Assembly: GCA_038142145.1 (NCBI GenBank)
Contig: JAYQJM010000005.1
Coordinates: 515,816-579,815, forward strand
Length of the DNA: 64,000 nt
Direction: 5' to 3'
From: Candidatus Actinomarina sp.
GTDB lineage: Bacteria; Actinomycetota; Acidimicrobiia; Actinomarinales; Actinomarinaceae
The notes under the pieces are model-generated. The model made no database searches. It was not told where the DNA came from and was given only the letters and a program-made list of their open reading frames with translations. Below, in pieces: positions 9,171 to 17,335 of the stretch. The position numbers and the translations under genes were made by a program. Every line of letters begins with the position of its first letter. The stretch's first letter is position 1.

Positions 9171-9632
9171 ATGTTTGTGAAGAAGTTTATATTTTTGTTT
9201 TTGTTTCTTGCTTTTTGTTCACAAAATATTGAAGAAGAAGTATCTTCATCAGAACTTCCAATAAATGAAATTTCATTTACATATATAAATAGTGATATCG
9301 AAATAGCCAAAGAAGATTTTACCGACAAACAAACGATTATTGTATTTTGGGCTGATTACTGAAGCATCTGCCGACAGGAGTTGCCTGTCTTAGAAGAAGA
9401 ATTAGCAAACCTTACTGATAAGTATGACGTTCTTGCTCTCGCACATAGTGAGTACGGTCCAACATTGGATTGGGTAAGCGAAAACTTAAATGGAGAATTA
9501 AAAATAGGGTTTTCTACATCTGAACTTAGAGATTATTTCAGAGTTGTTGGACAACCTATAACTTTAATTCTTGATACAAATGGTGAGGTAATTTACAGAG
9601 AATTTGGTGCGATAGATTTTTCAAGTTTTTAA
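9171..9632 (+). CDS. TlpA/ResA-like thiol-disulfide oxidoreductase lipoprotein with in-frame TGA (9360..9362) at the first CxxC position
   Basis: Track ORFs 9171..9362 and 9381..9632 are in the same frame. The joined reading is ...TIIVFWADY-TGA-SICRQELPVLEE..., against the family motif FWxxWCxxCxxExP. There is a lipobox (LAFC) and the cis-Pro region VGQPITLILDTNGEV is retained. Confidence 0.6.
9373..9389 (+). promoter_or_regulatory. Hairpin 10 nt downstream of the in-frame TGA (bacterial SECIS-like candidate)
   Basis: GACAGG-AGTTG-CCTGTC forms a perfect 6-bp stem with a 5-nt loop. The loop G residues lie 18-21 nt after the TGA. Confidence 0.35.
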
Positions 9633-9713
9633 GTTTAAATAATCTTTACCTAATAAAAGAATATAATTTCTTAAAGTTGTACTATTAGTTTGTTAGCTAG
9701 CGGAGGAAAAATA

Positions 9714-10823
9714 GTGAAAAAATCATTATTGCTTTTATTATGTCTTGCATTAGTTGTTGCTGCTTGTGGTGGCACAGCTGAGGAGACAGTAGAAGAAACT
9801 GTGGCTGAGGAAAGTGAAACTGAAACTCTAGATACACCTGCAACTACTGCAGCGCCTACTTTAGATAAAATTACTTTCGGTTTCGTACCCAGCGCAGAAC
9901 AAGCTGAGCTTTTAGACAATATTCAACCATTGATGAAAGTCTTGAGTGATGGCTTAGGCATTGAGGTCGAAGGATTCGTTACAAGTGACTATTCTGGTCT
10001 ACTTGTTGCTATGGGTTCTGGACAAGCCGATATTGGAGCATTTAATACCTTAGGGTATGTCAATGCATTAAACGCATTTCCAAAAAGATTGGAAGCAGTT
10101 GCTAAAGTTGTAAGATATGGTTCTGGTTCTTACCATGGAACATTCTGGACAAATGATGTAAGCGTTTGTAAAGAAGCCCCTGTTATAGGAGCATTTGAAA
10201 ATATAGACGGTGTTCAAACTTTAGTTACTGGTACTGCAACATCTGCACCAGATGTAGCAGCATTGCAAGTTGGTTGGACTTTTGGTGATTCAGGTTTAAT
10301 ACCTGATGGAGATATTAGTCCAGGTTATGCTTGTGAAGCAGATCTATCAGTGATGCTAGGCGAAGAAGTACTTTTCGTTGAAGAAGGTTCAACTTCTGGT
10401 TACCTATATCCTTCATTGCAACTTAAAAACTTAGGTATTGATTACCAAAATGATATTACGCAAGTTTTTGCTGGATCACATGATGGTGTTATAGCAGGTC
10501 TATACAATGGTGATGCAAAATTTGGTGTTGCATATGATGACGCAAGAAGAACTTTAAGAAAAACTAACAATGACGTTGGAGAAAAAGTTATTGCAATCGG
10601 CATTACTGCTGAAATACCAAATGATGTTGTTGCTGTAAGATCTGACCTTCCAGAAGATGTAAAAGCTAAAATTTATACTATTTTAAGTGAATACATTCAA
10701 ACTGATGAAGGTTTAGCTGTTATGGATGAAATTTATGGTTGGACTGATATAGTACCAGCAGTTAACTCTGAATTCGATGTAGTAAAACAAGCTGCAGAAG
10801 AATTCGGTCTTTACGACGAATAA
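9714..10823 (+). CDS. phnD: Phosphonate/phosphite ABC transporter substrate-binding lipoprotein (PhnD family)
   Basis: GTG 9714 is preceded by GGAGG (9702..9706). Lipoprotein signal LCLALVVAACGG. PhnD-like core FGFVPSAEQAELLDNIQPL...GQADIGAFNTLGYV. The gene is visibly more GC-rich than its neighbours. Confidence 0.8.
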   Translation: MKKSLLLLLCLALVVAACGGTAEETVEETVAEESETETLDTPATTAAPTLDKITFGFVPSAEQAELLDNIQPLMKVLSDGLGIEVEGFVTSDYSGLLVAMGSGQADIGAFNTLGYVNALNAFPKRLEAVAKVVRYGSGSYHGTFWTNDVSVCKEAPVIGAFENIDGVQTLVTGTATSAPDVAALQVGWTFGDSGLIPDGDISPGYACEADLSVMLGEEVLFVEEGSTSGYLYPSLQLKNLGIDYQNDITQVFAGSHDGVIAGLYNGDAKFGVAYDDARRTLRKTNNDVGEKVIAIGITAEIPNDVVAVRSDLPEDVKAKIYTILSEYIQTDEGLAVMDEIYGWTDIVPAVNSEFDVVKQAAEEFGLYDE

Positions 10824-10832
10824 AAATTATTT

Positions 10833-10867
10833 ACTAGGGCGATTTAAATATCGCCCTAGTAATTTTT
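10833..10867 (+). terminator. Intrinsic terminator/attenuator hairpin between phnD and phnC
   Basis: ACTAGGGCGAT-TTAAAT-ATCGCCCTAGT forms a perfect 11-bp stem and is followed by AATTTTT. Confidence 0.7.
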
Positions 10868-10871
10868 AAGT

Positions 10872-11642
10872 ATGATTGAATTTAAAAACGTAAGCGTAAC
10901 ATATCCTGGTGGTGTTAAAGCACTAGATAATGTGTCATTAAAGATAGAAAAAGGCGATTTCTTAATCATCGTTGGTATGTCAGGAGCTGGTAAGTCAACA
11001 TTATTAAGAACTGTAAACAACCTTGTAAAACCTACCAATGGTGAAGTATTAGTTGACTCTAAAAATGTTACTAATGCTAGTAAAAAAGAACTAAAAGAGA
11101 TTAGATCTGATGTAGGAATGATTTTTCAAACTTTCAACCTAGTTAATAGATCCTCAGTATTAAAAAATGTTCTAACTGGAAGATTAAGTCAAGTTTCGTC
11201 AATCAGATCAATACTTGGACTATGGCCTCAAGAAGATAAACAAATTGCTTTTGAAGCATTAAATAAAGTTGAAATTTTAGAAAAAGCATATGTACGCGGT
11301 TCAAATCTTTCAGGAGGACAACAGCAAAGAGTTGGTATTGCTAGAGCATTAGCTCAAAAACCAAAAGTAATGTTAGCCGATGAACCTGTTGCTTCGCTTG
11401 ACCCAATAACTTCAAGAGTTGTAATGAAGTATTTAAAAGAAATAAATCAAGAATTAGGTATTACTACTATTGTCAATTTGCACTTTTTAGATTTAGCAAA
11501 AGAATTTGGAGAAAGACTTATTGGTCTCAAAGAAGGTAAGTTAGTTTACGACGGAAAGGTTGGAGACGTAAGCGATCAAGATTTTGAAAATATTTATGGT
11601 CGCGCAATTAAAGCATCAGACATGCTCGGCAATGATGATTAA
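10872..11642 (+). CDS. phnC: Phosphonate ABC transporter ATP-binding protein
   Basis: Walker A GMSGAGKST, signature LSGGQQQRV, Walker B MLADEP. PhnC-type N-terminus (IEFKNVSVTYPGGVKALDNVSL). Confidence 0.9.
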   Translation: MIEFKNVSVTYPGGVKALDNVSLKIEKGDFLIIVGMSGAGKSTLLRTVNNLVKPTNGEVLVDSKNVTNASKKELKEIRSDVGMIFQTFNLVNRSSVLKNVLTGRLSQVSSIRSILGLWPQEDKQIAFEALNKVEILEKAYVRGSNLSGGQQQRVGIARALAQKPKVMLADEPVASLDPITSRVVMKYLKEINQELGITTIVNLHFLDLAKEFGERLIGLKEGKLVYDGKVGDVSDQDFENIYGRAIKASDMLGNDD

Positions 11643-12417
11643 TATTCCTAAAAAACCAAAACCTTCATTGCTTTCAATACTTGGATACCCTTTTGCATTT
11701 TTATTTAGTATTTATTCTTTTTTTCAAATTGGATTTAATTTAGAAGACTTTAAAAGAAATCTTCAAAATAGAAGATTGGTTACTGATCCCTTATTTGATC
11801 CTAAATGGGAATGGGCAGTAGAAAATGCAGCAGCTGCATTAATTGAAACAATACAAATAGCAATACTAGCAAGCATTTTAGGTTGTTTTATAGCTTTACC
11901 TTTATCTTTTTATGCGTCAAAAGCAACAAATCAAACAACAATAACATATTACATTTACAAATCCTTTTTAAACTTTATCAGAACAATACCCGATTTATTT
12001 TGGGCAATGTTATTTACTGTAGCAGTAGGACTAGGCCCATTTGCTGGTGTTTTAGCATTAATAATGTTTTCAATGGCAATAATGGGGAAACTACTATCTG
12101 AAACCATAGACAGTATTGACCTAGGGCCACTTGAAGCTGCTAAATCAAGTGGAGCAAAACATAATCAAGCAGTATTCAGTTCAGCTCTACCTCAAATACT
12201 TCCAAACTTTACAGCTTATTTTCTATATATCTTCGAATTGTGTATCAGAGCTTCAGTAATACTTGGTTTAGTAGGTGCTGGTGGTGTTGGACGAATTATC
12301 GAAACACAAAGAATATTTTTAAGATTTGATCGAATAAGTCCAATTATAGTTTTAATTCTATTTGCAGTGATTGCAATTGAGCAATTTAGTGTTTGGCTTA
12401 GAAGGAAGATACTTTGA
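11632..12417 (+). CDS. phnE: Phosphonate ABC transporter permease
   Basis: Start at ATGATG 11632, overlapping the phnC stop. Multi-TM protein with the PhnE-type EAA loop region (IDLGPLEAAKSSGA). Confidence 0.85.
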   Translation: MMINIPKKPKPSLLSILGYPFAFLFSIYSFFQIGFNLEDFKRNLQNRRLVTDPLFDPKWEWAVENAAAALIETIQIAILASILGCFIALPLSFYASKATNQTTITYYIYKSFLNFIRTIPDLFWAMLFTVAVGLGPFAGVLALIMFSMAIMGKLLSETIDSIDLGPLEAAKSSGAKHNQAVFSSALPQILPNFTAYFLYIFELCIRASVILGLVGAGGVGRIIETQRIFLRFDRISPIIVLILFAVIAIEQFSVWLRRKIL

Positions 12418-13217
12418 ACATACCAAAACAACCAATTTCACAAAAAGTTCTTAAGTATTTATTAACAATTTTAATAGTTGCAGCATCAATCTGGTCAGCA
12501 TCAGGCCTTGAAGTAACTCCTGAAAGATTCTTTGAGGCACCGAGTAAAATTTGGATATTAATCTCAGCAATGTTTCCTCTTGATTTATCGAGTGAAGCAA
12601 TAGAAAGAATAGTTCCAAAAGTTGGAGAGTCGCTATTTATTGCTTGGGCTGGAACTGTTATCGGTGCGCTATTTAGCTTTCCAATTTCTTTTCTTGCTGC
12701 AAATAATGTAACTTTTAATATATTAAATAGGTTTACAAAGCAAGTATTAAATATAATAAGGGCTTTCCCAGAACTTATACTTGCATTTGTTTTCCTTCCG
12801 ATAACTGGTTTGGGACCGCTTACAGGAACTCTTGCTGTTGGGATTCACTCAATAGGAACACTAGGTAAATTATCTTCTGAAGTTATTGAAGGTATTGACG
12901 AAGGCCCTCTTGAAGCAATAAAGGCGTCTGGAGGCTCAAAAGTAAGTGAACTATTATTTGGTGTAATACCTCAAGTAATGCCAACAGTTGTTTCGTATTG
13001 GCTATACAGGTTTGAAATAAACTTAAGAGCTTCAGCGGTGCTTGGTGTTGTAGGTGCAGGTGGCGTTGGTGCAGAATTAATCAATCAACTTAGATTTAGA
13101 GATTTCCCAAGAGCAGGAACTGTTTTAGTGGTGACTATTGCTATGGTTTTAATCGTAGATACAATTTCTGCTGCAATAAGAAAAAGAATTATTAAAGGTA
13201 GAGATATAAAAGTTTAG
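12414..13217 (+). CDS. phnE: Phosphonate ABC transporter permease (second copy)
   Basis: Paralogous to the preceding permease (IDEGPLEAIKASGG, LGVVGAGGVG). Its start overlaps the upstream stop. Confidence 0.85.
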   Translation: MNIPKQPISQKVLKYLLTILIVAASIWSASGLEVTPERFFEAPSKIWILISAMFPLDLSSEAIERIVPKVGESLFIAWAGTVIGALFSFPISFLAANNVTFNILNRFTKQVLNIIRAFPELILAFVFLPITGLGPLTGTLAVGIHSIGTLGKLSSEVIEGIDEGPLEAIKASGGSKVSELLFGVIPQVMPTVVSYWLYRFEINLRASAVLGVVGAGGVGAELINQLRFRDFPRAGTVLVVTIAMVLIVDTISAAIRKRIIKGRDIKV

Positions 13218-13218
13218 A

Positions 13219-15612
13219 TTACTCTTCGAACCAATCGTCTTCTTTGGATTCTTCTTCAGTGTTCTCAATGACATCTTCAGACTCTTCCACGACAATTTCT
13301 TGAGAATCTTCAATGCTAGAAAGATTCTCTGTTTCAAATTCTTCTACAGTAATTAATACTTCTCGTGCTTTTGAGCCTTCTGAAGGACCAACTATACCTT
13401 GAGCCTCTAAAATATCCATTAATCTTCCCGCTCTAGCAAAACCGACTCTCAATTTCCTCTGAAGCATAGAAGTTGAGCCCATTTGGGATCTTACAACAAG
13501 TTCCTTTGCGGTTCTTATCAATTCTTCATCTTCACCAAAATCTTCATTTGAAGAATTTGTTGCCTGCTTTTGCTCTTCAGTAACTGCAGGATTGTATTCT
13601 GCTTCTTTTTGTTCTTTAACCCAAGAAACCACATCCTGAACTTCATTTTCATTAACCCAAGCACCTTGAATTCTTTCCAATCTTGGGTTTGAAGCCGTGA
13701 CAACTAACATGTCACCTAACCCAATCAATTTCTCAGCACCAGATTGATCAAGAATAACTCGTGAGTCAGTTGTTGACGCTACAGAAAATGCCAATCTTGA
13801 TGGAATATTAGCCTTCATTACACCCGTAATGACATCAACTGATGGTCTTTGTGTTGCGACAACTAAATGGATTCCAATTGCTCTTGCCATTTGAGCTAAC
13901 CTAACAATTGCTGATTCTACTTCCCTTCCAGCAACCATCATTAAATCGTTCAACTCATCAATGAATACAACGATATAAGGAAATCTGTCAAACTTATCTT
14001 CATCTAATAAACCTGCATCATATTTTTCGTGATAACCGTTAATATCTCTTACCTGACTATCAGCAAGCAGATCGTATCTCCTATCCATTTCTGCTACTGC
14101 CCACCCAAGTGCGTCAACAGCTTTCTTTGGGTTTGTAATAACTTTCGTAAGAAGGTGTGGAACGTCGTTATATTGCCCAAGTTCAACTCTCTTTGGGTCA
14201 ACCATTACCATTTTGACTTCATCTGGATTAGTTCTAACTAACAACGATGTAACAATTGAATTAATACATGAAGATTTACCAGCACCAGTTTGACCAGCTA
14301 TTAACACATGGGGTAACTCTGCTAAGTTAAGCAACCTAGGCTTACCTGAAATATCTAAACCTAAACCTATATTTAGAGGATGTTCAGCTTTTTTAGCTTC
14401 TTGTGAAGATAAGACATCACCTAAAGAAACAAGTTTTCTTTGTCTGTTTGGAATTTCTATACCAATTGCACTTCTACCTGGTATTGGTGCTAATAATCTA
14501 ACATCAGGTGTTGCTAGAGCGTACGCTATATCATGCGAAAGTGAAGTTACTTTAGAAACTTTTACTCCTGGTGCTAATTCAATTTCATACCTTGTAACAG
14601 TTGGGCCAGGCACTACGTTTGTCAACTCAGCTTCAACTCCATGTTCTTTAAGTAAGTTTGTTAGATCTTTCGCTGTTTCTTGTAAAAGTTTTTTAGATGT
14701 AGATACAGCGTTTCCAAGTTTTAATAACTTAACAGGTGGCAATACATATTTACTATTCTTAACGTTTGGTTTTGGTGTAGTTTTTTTTGTTTTAGAATCT
14801 TTTTTATCTTTAAAATCTGTAATATTTGAAACGTTATTAATTTTTTCTGCAACTTTTGCTTTTGTTAATCTATTAGGTTTTTTATTAGGTACCTCAGGTT
14901 CTTTAAAATCTTCAATAGATTCTTGATAAAATTCTTCAAAAACTAGATTATTTGCTTCTTTTCTTGCTTTTACAAATGCATAAATAAATTTGTAAATATA
15001 AACAATAATGGCTTGTATGCCACCGATTAGATCTTTGAGTTCAATATTTGTCATATACAAAACAGACATAATTAGACCTAGTAAAAGAAGTGTGTGTGTC
15101 ATTTGAAGTCCAACGCTATTCGTTAATGGATATACAATAAATGCAGATAGATGCCCACCAGATTTTAATAGCAGTTCTGAGCCAGAACTTAGTGGTAATG
15201 GCTCTGAGTGGATTAAAGAATGAAATATGCTGGATGAAAAGATTTGTATCCACAAAGTACCAATTAGCACTCTTTGGCTTATTGCTTCATCTTTATCTCT
15301 GATCAAAATAGCTGTACCGTAGAAAAAGAAAACTGGCAAGGCAAAAACTGCATATCCAAAAGCCCATTGAAGAATTTTAAATACCACATCACCAACTGGA
15401 CCACCTAAGTTAAAAATTGCTAAGGAAGTGAGCAAAGCGAAAGAAAACATAAATATAGCAACAGATTGATAAGACTGGACGAACTTATTAAACGCACTTG
15501 AAGTAGTGTTTTTAAGTGTAGAAATTGCCCTGTCTACAGTTATTTTATTGTTTTGTTTAGACACCCGCTTTCGCCCATTTACCCTTTTGCGAGTGGATGT
15601 CTTTACAGCCAC
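13219..15612 (-). CDS. ftsK: DNA translocase FtsK
   Basis: N-terminal TM helices, a Pro/Lys-rich linker, motor domain with Walker A GQTGAGKS and VVFIDELNDL, a gamma wHTH (SMLQRKLRVGFARAGRLMD) and an acidic tail. Confidence 0.9.
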   Translation of the reverse strand: MAVKTSTRKRVNGRKRVSKQNNKITVDRAISTLKNTTSSAFNKFVQSYQSVAIFMFSFALLTSLAIFNLGGPVGDVVFKILQWAFGYAVFALPVFFFYGTAILIRDKDEAISQRVLIGTLWIQIFSSSIFHSLIHSEPLPLSSGSELLLKSGGHLSAFIVYPLTNSVGLQMTHTLLLLGLIMSVLYMTNIELKDLIGGIQAIIVYIYKFIYAFVKARKEANNLVFEEFYQESIEDFKEPEVPNKKPNRLTKAKVAEKINNVSNITDFKDKKDSKTKKTTPKPNVKNSKYVLPPVKLLKLGNAVSTSKKLLQETAKDLTNLLKEHGVEAELTNVVPGPTVTRYEIELAPGVKVSKVTSLSHDIAYALATPDVRLLAPIPGRSAIGIEIPNRQRKLVSLGDVLSSQEAKKAEHPLNIGLGLDISGKPRLLNLAELPHVLIAGQTGAGKSSCINSIVTSLLVRTNPDEVKMVMVDPKRVELGQYNDVPHLLTKVITNPKKAVDALGWAVAEMDRRYDLLADSQVRDINGYHEKYDAGLLDEDKFDRFPYIVVFIDELNDLMMVAGREVESAIVRLAQMARAIGIHLVVATQRPSVDVITGVMKANIPSRLAFSVASTTDSRVILDQSGAEKLIGLGDMLVVTASNPRLERIQGAWVNENEVQDVVSWVKEQKEAEYNPAVTEEQKQATNSSNEDFGEDEELIRTAKELVVRSQMGSTSMLQRKLRVGFARAGRLMDILEAQGIVGPSEGSKAREVLITVEEFETENLSSIEDSQEIVVEESEDVIENTEEESKEDDWFEE

Positions 15613-15655
15613 ATCATATTATACCATATTTTATTAGGGGAAAACTTAAAATTAA

Positions 15656-16531
15656 TTAATTAATTGAGTTATAAATTTCTGTTAGTTTTTGAGCTAAATC
15701 AGTAGAGATTTCAGTAATTGGCAACATCGGAATACCAACATCTTCCCATGAATATGTTAATAAATGTTTAATTGGACCCGGACTTGGTTCATCAAAAATA
15801 GCATTAAATAGTGGTAAAAGCTTTTCTTGTTCTTTTTGCGCATCTTCTAGCTTTCCTGATTTTACTAGTTTTATCATATCGCTGATTTCATTGCCAATAA
15901 CATGAGAAGCAACTGATACGACTCCTTTAGCGCCAGCATTAATAAAATCTATAGTCTCTGAATCGTTACCTGAATAAATAAACACCTTTTCATTAAGCTC
16001 CTCAATTTCAATTTTTGAAAATGACCAATCTCCTACTGCATCTTTAATTGAGTGAATGCCTATATCATCTATTAAAGTATTCAAGGTTGAGACTTCAATT
16101 AATGTACCCGTTCTTCCAGGAATGTTGTAAGCCATAATAGGTAAATCTGTAATTTTACTAATAGCTTCAAAATGTTTCACAATTCCATACTGAGATGGTT
16201 TTGAATAGTAAGGAGTTACAATCATAATTCCATCAACGCCCTGGTCTACAGCCATTTTTGTTATCTCGATAGATTCTGAAGTAGAATAAGTTCCAGAACC
16301 TGCAATTATGTTGGCCTTATCACCTACTGCATCTTTTGCAGTACTATATAAGATTTTTCTATCTTCAAATGATAAATTCGGTGATTCTCCCGTTGTACCT
16401 GATAAAACAAGACCTTCAGATTTCTCATGCACTAATTTTTTACACAATCTCCAAAAAGTATCAGTACTAATAACTCCATTATTATCAAACGGGGTTATGA
16501 CTGCTGTGAGAATTTCACCAAAATCTTTCAT
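15656..16531 (-). CDS. dapA: 4-hydroxy-tetrahydrodipicolinate synthase
   Basis: Motifs SGTTGESPNLS and AYNIPGRTG, with the catalytic Lys context SIKDAVGD. Confidence 0.9.
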   Translation of the reverse strand: MKDFGEILTAVITPFDNNGVISTDTFWRLCKKLVHEKSEGLVLSGTTGESPNLSFEDRKILYSTAKDAVGDKANIIAGSGTYSTSESIEITKMAVDQGVDGIMIVTPYYSKPSQYGIVKHFEAISKITDLPIMAYNIPGRTGTLIEVSTLNTLIDDIGIHSIKDAVGDWSFSKIEIEELNEKVFIYSGNDSETIDFINAGAKGVVSVASHVIGNEISDMIKLVKSGKLEDAQKEQEKLLPLFNAIFDEPSPGPIKHLLTYSWEDVGIPMLPITEISTDLAQKLTEIYNSIN

Positions 16532-16533
16532 GC

Positions 16534-17283
16534 CTAGATACTAATATTCCTATTTAAAATAGTTTCAAGACCATAAACAAAACCTTTAAAATTATCTACA
16601 TTATCTAAAACCAACTTTACACCAAAGAGGTAAGCCCTTCTGTCGTTCACTATATGTTCTGAGTTTAAATGCTCAAATTCGTTTGAAAATAAAACTTCCT
16701 GCTCAGCCATATATTTATCATCACGCAATGACATAATGATTTTGTCATTTATATCATTTTTAGAATAAAAATCTCCCTCAATTCCTGATGATTTTAAATT
16801 GTCAGGAAGACTAAGAGCCAAGTCTATTGCTGTGCCAGATGGTGCATCTTGTTTTCCTGAATGATGTTTCTCCACTATCTCAACTTTTTGAAAGCTTTGA
16901 GCTATGATATTTGATGTAATTTTTTGCAATGCAGCTCCTACAGAAAAATTAGGAATAACAAAGATTGATCTATTTTCTAAACTCCTAAGATTAGCAACAA
17001 GCTTTTCTTCAATTCCTGATGAACCAATAATCAAAGTTGAATTTGTTTTAAGCAGTTTTTCCAAATTGTCATTTATTTCTGAGGCTGGAGAAAATTCAAT
17101 TACTATATCTGAATCTACGTTCTCTAAATTGTTAACTTTTGAGTACTCTCCTTCTGTATAAGAGGGATCAAAAATTCCAACAACTTTAAAATCATCTCTA
17201 GACTCTAGGTAATCAGTAATTAAATTTCCCATTTTTCCGCCGCCACCAGAGACAACTACAGTTTTTACCAACTTATCATTCAT
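16534..17283 (-). CDS. dapB: 4-hydroxy-tetrahydrodipicolinate reductase
   Basis: Rossmann motif VVVSGGGGKMG and the DapB signature EKHHSGKQDAPSGTA. Confidence 0.9.
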   Translation of the reverse strand: MNDKLVKTVVVSGGGGKMGNLITDYLESRDDFKVVGIFDPSYTEGEYSKVNNLENVDSDIVIEFSPASEINDNLEKLLKTNSTLIIGSSGIEEKLVANLRSLENRSIFVIPNFSVGAALQKITSNIIAQSFQKVEIVEKHHSGKQDAPSGTAIDLALSLPDNLKSSGIEGDFYSKNDINDKIIMSLRDDKYMAEQEVLFSNEFEHLNSEHIVNDRRAYLFGVKLVLDNVDNFKGFVYGLETILNRNISI

Positions 17284-17335
17284 TTCATAACTTCCTTATA
17301 CTTAATAGGTTAATTGTTTTTTTAACAAAATTGAT

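Noticed and set aside
9360-9362. TGA read as Trp or another alternative genetic-code reassignment.
   Set aside because: TGA clearly terminates other well-conserved genes here (for example xerC at 49045..49047), and Trp is encoded by TGG throughout. A global reassignment is not supported, leaving Sec or a nonsense mutation.
11883-12101. Plus-strand 72-aa ORF in an alternative frame inside phnE.
   Set aside because: It lies entirely within a well-supported permease gene. It has an Asn/Ile-rich composition typical of off-frame translation of AT-rich DNA.
11632-13217. The two tandem phnE-like permease genes as a recent duplication or repeat.
   Set aside because: The proteins are clearly diverged paralogues. 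Different N-termini are visible and only the motifs are shared. phnD-C-E-E with two permease genes is a known operon layout.
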